The notes: generated from the letters alone by a model not told the origin. A DNA stretch of 64,000 bases from Eledone cirrhosa (GCA_964016885.1 OZ024743.1:76074001-76138000), one strand, 5' to 3'. Counted from the stretch's first letter, positions 26,024 through 41,036 are shown. Numbers and translations: made by a program.

Positions 26024-28085
26024 GTGATGGGTGTACATATGAAACCCCAAAAAGAAGAAAAAAAAGAATATAAAATGTCATGTATACATATGTACATGTA
26101 TACATATGTACATGTATACATATGTACATATATACATATGTACATGTATACATATGTATATGTATATATTGAATTTGAAGGTTTATTATAACATTCTGTG
26201 GCTCTTTTGAGCTGGCGCATTTTTCAGGTCTAGTTTAATATTTTTTTAAGGCAACGCTTGTAATAACTCTAGTTAAACATGATATATATTAATAATAAAT
26301 TATCATTGTAATGTAATTAGATTATATAATTGTTATTTTATAAATGATCTTATAAATATTATAGTAAGATGTATAAAAATGTTTTCAGACTTTTAATATA
26401 AACAACTACAAAAAACAATCAATATTAAATAAATAATATGGACAAATATACAAGTAAATATGATACAACCAATATTATAAATATGTTATAACGAACTGGA
26501 ATAAAAAATAGTTAATATAAATTTAAAAAAATCATATATAAATTAACAATATAACTTACCAAAACGAGAAAAATATTTTGATGTAAAACGACGGAATACA
26601 GAAGGAATATTTGAAAGCGAAACGATAAATAAACGTGCAAACAAAGTGGCGGATGCTTTTGAACAACAATTACTCTCATTGGTTGATTAGCCAATAAGAC
26701 GATGGAATTAGCCAATAAGACGATACATTACAAAAGATGTTTGGCAGGGATCACCAGGGCCAGCGAAAACCTTTGAATTTTTTATTGACAATCTACGCAT
26801 ATATGTCAGACACGCAGACTTAAAACATTCTGTTGTTAGTCACTGCGTGTCTAACAGATATGCACATATATTAGTTTGTATTTGCAGTGGAACTACTTGA
26901 CCCAAATCCAAACATCAATCCTTCCTTCAAGAAATTATATGGAATTGTAATAATATTCTAGTTAAATAAATACCCCAGATTAACCTCTCTCTTTCTCTCC
27001 CCGTCTCTCTCTCCCTTTTCCTGTCTCCCCTATCTCCCTCTCTTTCTCTGTCTGTAACTTTTTCTTTCTATCTCTCTTTCCCTCCATCTCTTCCCTCCCT
27101 CTCTGTCTCACTCTCTCTCACTCTATCTGGCTCTCTATCTCTCTCTCTCACTAACCCTCTTCTCCCTCTCTCTGTTTCCCCCTCTCTCTCACTGTAGTAC
27201 TAACATCTCCCCCACTAAACACAGATTACACCAAATCTCAGTTTATATTTAAAACTTTCAGACCTCTTTAATTCAGCTACGTAGCTTACTCCTTACAGAT
27301 TGTGACAGGCTGTGACAGGTATTGATATTTCTGATGGATGGAGGGTGAGGGAGGGAGGTAAGGAGGATGAAGGGAGGGGGGAAAGAGAAAGAGTTGGAGA
27401 GAGAGAGAGAGAGAGAGAGAGAAAGAAACATAAAGGGAGAGAAAGAGAGAGACTGGGAGAGGAACATAGAGAGAGAGAGAGAGAGAGAGAGGAAAATAAA
27501 GGGAGAGAAAGAAAGGGAGATTGGGAGAGGAAGAGAGAAAGAGAAAGAGAGCGATAGAAATTGAGAGAGAAAGAGAGAAAGAGAAAAAGAGGGAGATTGA
27601 GAGAGGAAGAGAGAAAGAGAAAGAGAGAGAGAGGGAGATTGAGAGAGAAAGAGAAAGAGAAAGAGAAAGAGAAAGAGAGAGAAAGGGAGATTGAGAGAGA
27701 AAGAGAAAGAGAGAGAGAGGGAGATTGAGAGAGAAAGAGAAAGAGAGGGGGATTGAGAGAGAGAGAGAGGCAATACATTTCAGTCAATCACTTTGGCCAC
27801 TATATTCATCAATGGAATCAATAAGAAGCTGTATCCAATAATGGTATCAATCTGTACATCTACTTATATTGTTAGTATCGATCTGTAAATACATGCACTC
27901 GGACCTCTCGGTATCAGCGATATTTAAACGTTTCGACACCTCAACTCATCATCAGCTGCACTCAGCCAATCAAACTTCCACCCTCGCCCACCACTAGATA
28001 ATTAGGCACATTTTAAAACCGCTCAAATCGTCATGAAGAAGTTTGCAAAGCTGCCTACACACTCACACACACACACTAACACACA

Positions 28086-28122
<37 letters not shown>

Positions 28123-28480
28123 ACTGACACACACACACTGACACACTGACACACTGACACACTGTCACACACACTCACACACTGACAGACACACACACAC
28201 TCACACACTCACACGCACACACACACACTGACACACACACACACACGCACACTGACACACTGAAACACACACACACTGACACACACACACACACGCACAC
28301 TGACACACTGACACACACACGCACATACACTGACACACACACACTGACACACTGACACATACACACACTCACACACTGACACGCACACACATACTGACAC
28401 ATACACACTCACACACACACACACACAGACGCCCGCAACACGCCGTATGTTACCTACGAGTTCCTGTTTGAAGACATATA

Positions 28481-28830
28481 CTCTCGGGTCTCGAATAATG
28501 TCCTCCGTCCCCACGCTTATTAAATTTTACTAATCTATCTCCAGTGAAATATTATTTTAAGTGGTAGCATTCCTGCGACAATTAATTTTCTTTATACATT
28601 AAAAACATTACTATAAATCCCACATGTTATAAAATAAATAGGATGGGTTGGGGTCTCAATATGTAAACTAAACGACTAATTCTGTTTTTTGGGGGGGTTT
28701 TAAAAAAAAAATAAATGGAGATAACCCCTAGAAAAATTATCGATTTTCCAACTCCCCCACTTATTCCAACTCCTCCAACTATACCCCCCCCCCCGCTTAT
28801 TACACTCCCCTATTATTTGGGACCCGAGAG
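28481..28830. mobile_element. MITE with TA target duplication (Tc1/mariner-type), copy 1
   Basis: TA-ctctcgggtc...gacccgagag-TA. The internal sequence is shared with 48371-48723 and 44384-44684. Confidence 0.9.
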
Positions 28831-29067
28831 TAATAGTGAAGAATACTTCTACGATCATTAACAACACAATTAGAGGACCTCATAATACAGTAACCAAGGG
28901 GTCCACATTGATTAGTTCACTATATTGCAAGCATTCAGGTGGGCCTCTTCTGTCCGAAGGTAACCTCTTCCTCTCCTTGTACATGGAGCGGAGGCTCTAA
29001 AAGAAGGCTTTGGCTGGTGCCCCTCACCCCTTTTTTTTTTTATTAAGCCATAAAAAACCCTGTTTAT

Positions 29068-29275
29068 AGATGTGGCTGAGTAGTTAGAGAAGTGGATTAG
29101 CAATCGTGAGATTGTGAGTTCGATTCCCGGACCGGGTGATGCGGTATGTCCTTGAGCAAGACACTTTATTTCACGTTGCTCCTTCTACCTGACGTTGCGA
29201 CCGATAGATAGTATTAGCAATTGGAAAGACCAATGGAAACATTGTTTCCTCGGTCCGATTTGACGAAAGTCGATC
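29068..29275 (+). mobile_element. tRNA-derived SINE family A
   Basis: A box tggctgagtagtt, B box gagttcgattccc and core gtccttgagcaagacacttt. It matches the reverse complement of 47085-47287. Confidence 0.85.
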
Positions 29276-29501
29276 GATCGGTATATATATATAGATAGAT
29301 ATAGATGTTTATAGTCTCATCTTCAGGATGAAGTAGTATTGGTATATGTAGATTGGTGTAAAACCTTACCACCGGAATGTGTTGATCCTTAAGTTTGTAC
29401 GTCATGTGTCGGCCATGTTGTCAGATGTGTATTTGTCCTTCCTCTTTAGTTTAGTGTTCTGGAGGGGGGGGGGGATTCTGAAGAGATGAAGAGACAAGAT
29501 G

Positions 29502-29612
29502 TCTTCTTCTTCTTCTTCTTCTTCTTCTTCTTCTTCTTCTTCTTCTTGAGAGGGTCGTGGACGTTATCCAACCATCTTGCCTGGGGTCTACTCCTGGGTC
29601 TCATACTGGAGG
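29502..29612 (-). mobile_element. Short RTE-type 3' end with a (GAA)n tail
   Basis: Reverse complement ccccagg..caagatggttggataacgtcc..acgaccctctcaagaagaa matches 30730-30945. Confidence 0.65.
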
Positions 29613-30247
29613 GTTTTGCCTTTAAAATTTGTACTTTATCTCTGATATTACACTGTACTTTATCTCTGATATTACCTTATCCATTTGAATATCGCCAGAT
29701 TGTCTTATAAGCTCACAGAATGCAATCTCGTCTGGTCTTTCGTTCTTTCTTTTTCATCTTAATTTTCAATATAAAAAAATAAAACAAACTATAATCATCT
29801 CTGCAAATAATTCCATGAAAAAGGAGGTTAAGACTTAACTTTTTAGTTATACTATTATCCCAAGTTAATTGGAAACAGGCGTTTACTTTGTAAAATGATT
29901 TCAGTTTAAAACAAAACACGTGATCAAGCGTTTGATCGTTTGCCAGTTTGCCCATGTATCGCTGTCGTCTGCCAATGATTAGATTTCATCTAATCTATGG
30001 ATAGTTTTTTTTTTAAATGTCGTCTGATGAAACAATATTATAGCAAACTAATGAGAGAACCTCAACGTGTTCGTCCAACCTGCTAGAAACAGCAACTAAA
30101 TCTTTCTTAACTCATATATCACGTCTTTAAAGAGAAGAAAAAACGATAAGTAGTGTATTTTTGTATGGACCTGTAACTGCTGATGGAGTCGTAGGGATGC
30201 TGTCGTGATATACTGCGTGTCTTGGGCATTATTTAAGCCTGACCAAA

Positions 30248-30570
30248 GGCGGTGGATTTGCAGTATTGGTAGAGGGTCGGACACCATGCTTTGTAGCATA
30301 GAGTTACCTCCCTTTATGATCTGAGTTCAAATCCCGCCGAGGTTAACTTTACCTTTCATCCTTACGGGGTCGATAAAATAAAGTACCAGTAATGCACTGG
30401 GTAATTTATGGCCTTGTGCCAAAAGTAGAAACAATTATTTAAGCCTGACCTTTCATCGTTACGGGGTCGATAAAATAAGCATCAGTAATGTACTGGGGTC
30501 GATTTAATCGACTTACCCCTCCCCCAAATTTGTTGGCTTTGTGCCTAAATCAGAAACAATTATTTAAACC
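30248..30570 (+). mobile_element. tRNA-derived SINE family B (Meta-domain-like core) with a duplicated 3' half
   Basis: B box gagttcaaatcc and core cctttcatccttacggggtcgataaaataaagtaccagt. Confidence 0.85.
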
Positions 30571-30629
30571 TGGTGGAGCCCATTCCCTCTCTTTGTCTGA
30601 ACAGCCGATTTTTCCGAAAGAAAAAGAGT

Positions 30630-30943
30630 GGGAACTGTGATCTCTGAGTTAAGAGACCACAGCTTCGATATTACGGGCAAAGAATGTCTCAGATTCGCTG
30701 AACAGATTTTACGGAAAAGGGCAGGAGACCCAGGGGTAGACAACGAGCAAGACAGTTAGATAACATCCATGAACTTGGCTTATCCAGCCAGGACAGTTGG
30801 AAACGGTTGCTTCTGACAGGATCCGCTGGAAGGAGTGTTTGAGGACTCTGCCCCCACGACCCTCTCAGGAAGAAGAAGAAGAAGAAGAAGAAGAAGAAGA
30901 AGAAGAAGAAGAAGAAGAAGAAGAAGAAGAAGAAGAAGAAGAA

Positions 30944-30945
<2 letters not shown>
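30630..30945 (+). mobile_element. RTE-clade LINE 3' end with a (GAA)n tail
   Basis: Translates RPRGRQRARQLDNI...ASDRIRWK, the typical RTE C-terminus, followed by (GAA)n. Confidence 0.75.
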
Positions 30946-30989
<44 letters not shown>

Positions 30990-31305
30990 GAAGTTAGAAA
31001 GATTTACAGATAGATACATACAGAGGAGGAATCAATCTTAGTACTGAACTAGTACTTTTATCGACCTTGGAAGGATGCAAGGTAAAATTGACCTTTGATA
31101 GGATTTGAACTCAAAGCGCAGAGAGACGAAATACAGCAAAACATTCAGTACGACATTGTAACAACTATCGTAAAAGATGAGATCGTTATTATTAGTCTGG
31201 CTTTGGTGAGACCCTGTTGGATGAAGGCCAACCTAGGACTAGCATTGGAAAATGATATTTTTCATGTCATGTAGATATACTCTTCAATTTGATAGTATTA
31301 ACGTG

Positions 31306-31580
31306 AAGGTGCGTGGCTTAAGATCGTAAGGTCCTGAGTTCGATTCTCAGTGGCTCGATGTGTCCTTGAGTAAGACACTTTATTTTCCCACCCAGCTGGC
31401 AAAAATGAGTTGTACCTGTAACTCGAAGGGTCAGCCTGGTTACATTGTGTGTCACACTGAATCTCCCTGAGAACTATGTTATGGGAATACTCAGCCAGTT
31501 GAACGTTAATTTCACGAGCAGGCTGTTTTGTTGATCGTATCAATTGGAACACTGGTCGTCGTAACCGACGGAGTGCCGCT
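31306..31580 (+). mobile_element. tRNA-derived SINE family A
   Basis: aaggtgcgtggctta..gagttcgattc..gtgtccttgagtaagacacttt..aaatgagtt. Confidence 0.8.
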
Positions 31581-31605
31581 ACTGCTGATAGCAATATATT
31601 CCAAG

Positions 31606-31768
31606 AAGGCAGCATATTGGTAGAGTCGTTAGAATGTCAGATAGAATGCTTTGAGGTATTGGTTCCAGTTTTCGGCTCTCTGAGTTCAAATCCCGCCGAG
31701 GTCAACTTTGCCTTTCATCCATTCGAGGTCGATAAAAAAGGTATCAGTCAAGTACTGGGGTCGATTAT
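31606..31768 (+). mobile_element. tRNA-derived SINE family B; further copies at ~31030-31160(-), 32578-32760(+), 46103-46282(+), 46560-46650(-), 46682-46870(+), 47875-47952(-), 61152-61342(+), 62935-63115(-)
   Basis: ctgagttcaaatcccgccgaggt.aactttgcctttcatcc...gtcgataaaa recurs at each listed position. Confidence 0.85.
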
Positions 31769-32172
31769 TCCTATATATCTCTTTCTCACTTCATTCTCTT
31801 ACTCACTTTCTATCTTTCTCTGGAAGAAATCTGCTGTACTCAATCCTGGAGACTAGATGGTCTCAAACAGGTTTTTAAAAATGCCCCAGAAATACCGTAT
31901 ATCAATATGGCGCCCCTACCACTTCCACAGAAGTTACGGGATCATACCACATTCCAAGAATATTTTATCACACGACATACTAGGTGGTACCTCAATAAAA
32001 ACGGTCACAGCAATGGTTAGTCTTATAATTGTGACGGGGCTATCTCTTGAAAGGAATCTTCGAACTCAGTGCTGCAGGCTGATGAAAGAGACGTCCGATG
32101 CTGGCTTGCTATACCATGCTGGCTAGCATGGTATAGCAAGCCTCATCGGACACTGGAATAGTTCCTTTATTT

Positions 32173-32210
32173 TCCTCAGAAGAAGAGATATTAACCTCGA
32201 AATATCAGGA
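32173..32210 (+). ncRNA. Minimal hammerhead ribozyme with one core mutation
   Basis: tcct-CAGAAGA-a-gag-atattaac-ctc-GAAAT-ATC-agga. Confidence 0.65.
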
Positions 32211-32305
32211 CATATGAATAAATTAAGGTAAAAAAAATAAAAAAACAAAAAACAACAGCCCTGTTTCTTACGATTTAATTATTCTCCGTCCAAACCCGGC
32301 TTTCA

Positions 32306-32372
<67 letters not shown>

Positions 32373-32757
32373 AATATATATATATGTAAAAGGTAAACAG
32401 AAATAACAACGCAATCGGTACAGTATATGGAAGGGATATATTAGGTTAGCGCTTGATATAGCAGGAAGAGGGTCTTATATTTGTGTGTGTGTGTGTGTGT
32501 ATGTGTGTGTGTGGGGGGGGGGGCGTATGTTTGTGTGTGTGTGTGTTTATATTCTTCTTCTTTTTCTTCTTCTTATTGGTGGATTGGCAGTATCAGTAGA
32601 GGGTCGGACGCCATGCTCTGCAGCAAAGAGTTACGGCCCTTTATGGTCTGAGTTCAAATCCCGCCGAGGTTAACTTTGCCTTTCATCCTTACGGGGTCGA
32701 TAAAATAAAGTACCAGTAATGCACTGTGAAAATTTCTGGCCTTGTGCCAAAAGTATA

Positions 32758-32809
<52 letters not shown>

Positions 32810-33922
32810 GAGATGGAATGTTGCTGAACAAAAAGAAATGGATAGGAAGACTAGGAAGCTATTGACTATCTACAACATGTTCCACAAGAGGAGTGATGTC
32901 GATAGACTCCACTTAAGGAGATCTGAAGGTGGAAGAGGTCTTATCAGCATAGAGGACTGTGTTCAGATGGAGAAAAACAACCTACACAAATACGTGACTG
33001 ATAGTAAGGAGCCAATGCTCAGAACTGTACTGAAGGAGGGGACAATAGGCCAGGGGATGTCCAAGGAGGAAATAACATCAAGGAGAAAGAGCAGCCTTCA
33101 GGAAAAATCCCTTCATAGTACCTTCTTTGAGAAAACTGAGTTTAGAGATCATGGAACTGGTTGAAAAGAGGAGACCTTAAAAAGGCTACAGAAGGAATGT
33201 TAATGGCTGCGCAGAAGCAGGCCCTCAAAACGAAGTGGTTGAAACACCATATTTACAAGGAGGAGGCTAGCCCACTGTGCAGGACCTGTGGAGAGAGAGA
33301 GGAGACTGTGGCTCACATTGTATCCAAGTGTAAACACCTAGCCCAGACTCACTATAAGGGCTGGAGACATGATGTGATGGGCAGGGTGATCCACTGGTAC
33401 CTGTGCAAAGTAAACAATTTACCATATTCTGAGAAGTGGTATGAGCATAAGCCAGAGTCGGTGATAGAAAACGATCAGGTGAAGGTGCTGTGGGATTTTA
33501 GGATACAGACGGACAAGAAACTGGAGCACAATAGACCTGACCTGGTGGTTGTGGACAAAGAAAAAGATCGTGCCTGATTGTGGATGTGGCCTGCCCATTC
33601 GACACGAGAGTGCAAGAGAAGGAGAGGGAGAAAATTAACCGATACCAGGACATAAAGTGGGAGGTAAAAAGGATTTGGAACTGCCATGAAGTCAAAGTGA
33701 TCCCGATTGTCATAGGCGCACTAGGGACTATCTCAAAAGGTTTCCAGGGATGGTTAAAGAAAATTGGCCCCTTCACGCTTTTTGGAACGCTTCAAAAGGC
33801 ATGCTTGCTGGGAACAGCAAGAACCCTCCGATACGTCCTGAATATCTGAGGCTGCAGGTAGTGGCTTGATATTCATTTCAACAAACTTTCCAGTTAACTA
33901 ACATCAATGACTGGGACTCAAA

Positions 33923-33925
<3 letters not shown>
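32810..33925 (+). mobile_element. 5'-truncated R4/Dong-type non-LTR retrotransposon (restriction-like endonuclease) inserted in (TAA)n
   Basis: DRKTRKLL..RL.L.RSEGGRGL, CRTC..ETVAHIVSKC, RHD, HNRPDLVV..DVACP..EK..RY, frameshifted. (TAA)n lies on both sides. Confidence 0.9.
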
Positions 33926-33958
<33 letters not shown>

Positions 33959-33960
<2 letters not shown>

Positions 33961-34498
33961 CTTTCTTTATTAACCACAAGGGTTTACATAAAGTAGACAT
34001 TAAGGACAGTACAGGACAATACAGGACGGTACAAATGGGCATTTCTGCGTGTAAAAAAAAGGAGGATGTAATAAAAAATAACAAATAGGCATTTCTGCGT
34101 GTAACCCCCCCCCCCAAAAAAAAAAACAGAGGGTGTAATAAAAGAACAATGAACATTTCCCCAATAGGGGGGAGACTTCCGAGGGTCACCATGGAGAAAG
34201 CCCATTAAAAAAAGCCACGGTGACCCTGACCATCAGGGCAAATGTCCTCTCCCAGTTTTTCACCTTCAATTTACAGGCATATACTCAGAGTAGATCCATT
34301 CACTCGGGCCATTCTTGTCTCTCTCACCCAACTTTCAACAAAAAGCTGGGAAGAGAGCACCTCCCTACTCCCATGGTCAGAGTAGGCCCATTCACACGAG
34401 CCATTCTCGCCACATTCACCCACCTTTTAGCAAATGTACTGGGGGGGGGGGGGGCAGCACTTCTCTCTCCACCCTTACCTTCCTTTCCAGGTGAAACT

Positions 34499-34500
<2 letters not shown>
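33959..34500 (-). mobile_element. 3' end fragments of a Tx1-like LINE with a (TTA)n tail
   Basis: Encodes FAKRWVNVARMARVNGPTL, homologous to the Tx1 ORF2 end. The 3' UTR matches 34905-35210 in reverse. Confidence 0.8.
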
Positions 34501-34586
<86 letters not shown>

Positions 34587-34587
<1 letters not shown>

Positions 34588-35210
34588 GGCCTGAGTCACT
34601 CCTGGGTCGTCCTCCCCCTATAGGGAATTTATTTTGTTATATTTATGCATAGTTTATCTTATATTTTTATATCTTCATTGTCAAATTAGTCTTGCCATTG
34701 TGCACTTTTACTCGAGCTTATTGTAAACCCCCACTGTCTGTCTCTTTGTATTGTCCCCTACATGTCGGCCCTTGTGGCCAATAATTGAAATCATTATTAT
34801 TATTATTATTATTATTAGCACTTACCTCTTCGGTGATGCCCTGATTAACTTTTTCAAATTTCATTTGAAAAGGAAAATCAGGGTAGAGAGGGAACTGCTC
34901 TCTTCCCAGCATTTTGTTGAAAGATGGGTGAGAGAAGCAAGTATGGCTCTGAGTATGTGTCTGTAAATTAAAGGTGGAAAACTGGGAGAGGGCACTTGTC
35001 CTGGTGGTCAGGGTCACTGTGGCCTTCTAATGGGCTTTCTCCACAAATGTCACTCGGAAGTCTCTCCTCTATCGGGGAATTTTTCATTGTTATATTTTAT
35101 TACATCCTCGGTTTTTTTACACGCAGAAATGCCCATTTGTACCGTCCTGTATTGTCCTGTACTGTCCTTAATGTCTACTTTATGTAAACCCTTGTGGTTA
35201 ATAAAGAAAA

Positions 35211-35289
<79 letters not shown>
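34587..35289 (+). mobile_element. Two tandem Tx1-like 3' ends with (TTA)n tails
   Basis: YLFGDALINFFKFHLKRKIRVERELLSSQHFVERWV, plus a 3' UTR cccttgtgg..aataa and (TTA)n. Confidence 0.8.
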
Positions 35290-35290
<1 letters not shown>

Positions 35291-36117
35291 TTTGAGTCTC
35301 AGTCATTGATGTTATTTAACTGGAAAGTTTGTTGAAATGAATATCAAGCCACTACCTCCAGCCTCAGATATTCAGGACGTATCGGAGGGTTCTTGCTGTT
35401 CCCAGCAAGCATGCCTTTTGAAGTGTTCCAAATTATTATTATTATTATTACTCTTTGAGTCTCAGTCAATGATGTTAGTTAACTGGAAAGTTTGTTGAAA
35501 TGAATATCAAGCCACTACCTGCAGTCTCAGATATTCAGGACGTATCGGAGGGTTCTTGCTGTTCCCAGCAAGCAAGCCTTTTGAAGCGTTCCAAAAAGCG
35601 TGAAGGGGCCAATTTTCTTTAACCATCCCTGGAAACTTTTTGAGATAGTCCCTAGTGCGCCTATGACAATCGGGATCACTTTGACTTCATGGCAGTTCCA
35701 AATCCTTTTTACCTCCCACTTTAAGTCCTGGTGTCGGTTAATTTTCTCCCTCTCCTTCTCTTGCACTCTCGTGTCGAATGGGCAGGCCACATCCACAATC
35801 AGGCACGATCTTTTTTCTTTGTCCACAACCACCAGGTCAAGTCTATTGTGTTCCAGTTTCTTGTCCGTCTGTATCCTAAAATCCCACAGCACCTTCACCT
35901 GATCGTTTTCTATCACCGCCTCTGGCTTATGCTCATACCACTTTTCAGAATGTGGTAAATTGTTTACTTTGCATAGGTGCCAGTGGATCACCCTGCCCAT
36001 CACATCATGTCTCCAGCCCTTATAGTGAGTCTGGGCTAGGTGTTTACACTCGGATACAATGTGAGCCACAGTCTCCTCTCTCTCTCCACAGATCCTGCAC
36101 AGTGGGCTAGCCTCCTC
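35290..36117 (-). mobile_element. Two tandem 5'-truncated R4/Dong-type copies (35290-35433 and 35452-36117)
   Basis: ORF 35527-36117 is nearly identical to 33262-33849 and is uninterrupted. (ATT)n occurs at each junction. Confidence 0.92.
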
Positions 36118-36118
36118 A

Positions 36119-36188
<70 letters not shown>

Positions 36189-36377
36189 TAATCATTAGGT
36201 CAATATATTGACACTAGTATTAATTATATTAGTAGAAACATCGACATCCTGACAGTTTTCTGCTAAAAATATGATGTATGAGTGCACGTGTCTATGTCTG
36301 AGTATGTGTGTGTATGTATGCATGTGTGAGTGTGTGTGTGTGTATGTATGTGTATGTGTGTGTGTGTATGTATGTCT

Positions 36378-36438
<61 letters not shown>

Positions 36439-37115
36439 TGTATGTGTATGAATGTATGTGTGTGTTTGTGTGTGTGCGGTGTAATGTAGATATTGCTACA
36501 AGACTATATTTTTACTTTGAGAGGGGTTATACTGATAAGAAATTTACTTCGGTAATATAATTAATAATTTAGATAATTAGTTAATAATTAATTAATTGAT
36601 TAATTTGTCTATCAAAGGTCTTTCGTCACACTCTGTGGCCTCATCAATAACGTTGTGTCTCATGCACTCTTTCCTATCACTAGCACTTACATGTTTCTCG
36701 AAACTTAATTGAAAAATTCATTTTACATTCCTGTTATTCGTATAACACCGCTACTACATGTCATGAAAAGGTCACAGGTTGTGACGAAATACGATCACAA
36801 ACCAATCAAATATTTAATTTGAATTATTAAATCATTAAGTAATTATCTACTTGATTGTTAATAATATCATCCTCCTCGTCATCCAAATCATCATCATCAC
36901 CATAACCATCCTCTCCACGACCACCACCACCACCACCATCATCATCATTCTCATGATCATCATGATCATTCTCATGATCATCATGATCATGATCATGATG
37001 ATCATCATCATCATCTTCATACTCCTCCTCCTTATCATCATCATCATCATCATCAATGTGTACATTGCTATATTATTCAAGAATGTACACACACCAGTTA
37101 ATAGATAGACCCCCC

Positions 37116-37161
<46 letters not shown>

Positions 37162-37353
37162 CACACATAGACACAAGCACACACATATATACATACAAAT
37201 ACATTCATATATATACATACACATACACTCATATATACACACGCATTCAGACATACATAGACACAAACACAAACACACATACATAAACACACAGACATTC
37301 ATACACACACACTGATCTATACACACACACTGATCTATACACACACACTGATC

Positions 37354-37402
<49 letters not shown>

Positions 37403-38410
37403 TTATACATACACACACACTCATATATACACACGCATTCAGACATTCATAGACACAAACACACACACATACATAAACACACAGACATTCATAGACACAA
37501 ACACATACACACATACATAAACACACAGACATTCACACACACACACTGATCTATACACACACACACACATACACAATCACATATACAGAAGCACTCATAC
37601 ACACATACACATAACCACTCAGACACACACTCATATGCGCACAAACAAATACACATATACACAGTAACAGATATAGACAAAAAAAAACACACTCACACAC
37701 ATATACGCACATATACACATAAATACACAAACGCACACAGAAACAGATCTGCAGGCACACACATATACACACATATACACACACATACGCACACGCAAAC
37801 AGATACACAGAGACACTCAAATATGCACGCACAAATAAATACATACAAACGCACAAACACACTCACAAACATACACACACATACACACAGTTAAACACAG
37901 TTACACACACACACACATACGATATATCTCTATTTTATCCTGTCTTTATCTCTTTCTCTATACACACACATATATATATACAGATAAACACGTACACACA
38001 CGTACACATACGCATACACTTACATATACATATACGCACACACGCATACATGCTTACACACAAACACTTACATATACGTACACACACGCATGTACACGTA
38101 CTTACATGTACACACACACGCATGCACACGTATACACATATACACACACGTACACACAAATAACCACATGTACATACACATACGCACACGTAGACACACG
38201 TACATATACATACACATGCACACACGTACATACACATGCACACACGTACATATATACATACACATGCACACACGTATATACACATGCACACACGTACACA
38301 AACGTACATATACACATATGTATATGTGTATATGTATATATATATACGTACATATACATATATATACACACATATATAATTATATATACACACATACACG
38401 CATATGTATA

Positions 38411-39328
<918 letters not shown>

Positions 39329-40097
39329 AATATATATGTTTATATACATATATATATATATTTGTAGATTGTAGATAAATAGACACCTATATACATACAT
39401 CTACACATATACATATTCTATTGTATAATGTACATATATATACACATAGAAGTACAAATATGCATAAATACTTTTAGATTAATGATTCATACATATACAC
39501 ACACATACACATACACACATACACACATACACACATATATATGTATGTATATATATATATATGAATAAAGTTAGTCCTTCATCAGATATATATATGTATG
39601 TTTGTATGTACATGTGAATATATATATATATATATACATACATATATGTGTGTGTGTTGATATAAAATGCATAGGTACACACATGCACATATACGTAAAT
39701 ACATACCATACATACATAATTACATACATACATATACACGTACATACATACATACATACATACATACATACATACATACATACGTACATACATACATACA
39801 TACGTACAATTTTTATAAACATACCAGCTAGGATATACGGGCACATAACCAACCGCGACAAACATTTTGTCTCTATTTTCTCTGTATGTAAATATATATA
39901 TATATGTGTGTGTCTGTGTGTGTGTGTGTGTGCGCGCGTTTGAATGTGTGTGTGTGTGTGTGTTTATGTATATAATTGTATATATATATATAAATATATA
40001 CATGTTTATACATTTGTATATATATATAAATATATATGTATATATATATGTGTGAGTGTGTGTGTGTATATATTTATATATAATATATATATACTTA

Positions 40098-40129
<32 letters not shown>

Positions 40130-40179
40130 CCTATATATATATACATATATATATACATATATATATATAAATATATATG

Positions 40180-40316
<137 letters not shown>

Positions 40317-40364
40317 TATATAAGTATATATATATTATATATACATACACATACACATACACCC

Positions 40365-40502
<138 letters not shown>

Positions 40503-41036
40503 ATATACACGCACGCACACACATACATGCTATTCTGGGCGTGTCTTTTCTAGCCGACTCTGAAGTTCATATTTATCGTGCTGGACCAATTAGGTGTCTC
40601 GAAACATGAGTAGATTGTCGGTGGTGCTTCCTCAAGCGAAACAGCCGGCCAATCGCACACTTTGTTTTAATGATCAACACCAATTCTTCTTTGTCGAGTT
40701 CAAGTACGCATGTCGCCTTTGAAATGTCTGAAAGGACAAGTCTTGAAAGGCGTTGGTTCGCTATGTTTGCTCTGTTACCAGTGTTGGACAAACAGAGTAG
40801 AAGTGAAAGCTAGAAATAATTTAGCGGACAGACAACATCCAGGATCATGATTTACAGGAAGCATGGGAGCTAAACGCCAAACTAAATTTATGCTTGGAAT
40901 AGTGTACTTATGTTACTGTGTATATGGAAACTTCTTGTAAGTAACAGACCTCTCATTCAATACACATTTCATATTATTTCAACCTAGTCTATTGACCAAT
41001 CAAACTGTCGGCCTTATACAATGCATGTTTTCTGCT

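Noticed and set aside
27285-27325. Possible 20-nt micro-exon (ccttacag|...|gtattg)
   Set aside because: Splice-like signals alone are common by chance, and no neighbouring exons are identifiable.
27925-27960. Minus-strand CTGATGA-tga..tc-GAAAC-GTT core
   Set aside because: The core boxes are present but the stem I flanks (gcag / taaa) do not pair, so it was not counted as a ribozyme.
30020-30060. ctgatga as a hammerhead (also 24440, 39577-39583, 50879-50885, 51838)
   Set aside because: No correctly placed GAAA box or stem pairing. At most these are half-motifs.
30797-30997. Poly-Glu ORF (also poly-Asn at 36118-36195 and poly-Leu/Ile ORFs)
   Set aside because: These are trinucleotide tails or targets of LINE insertions, not protein repeats.
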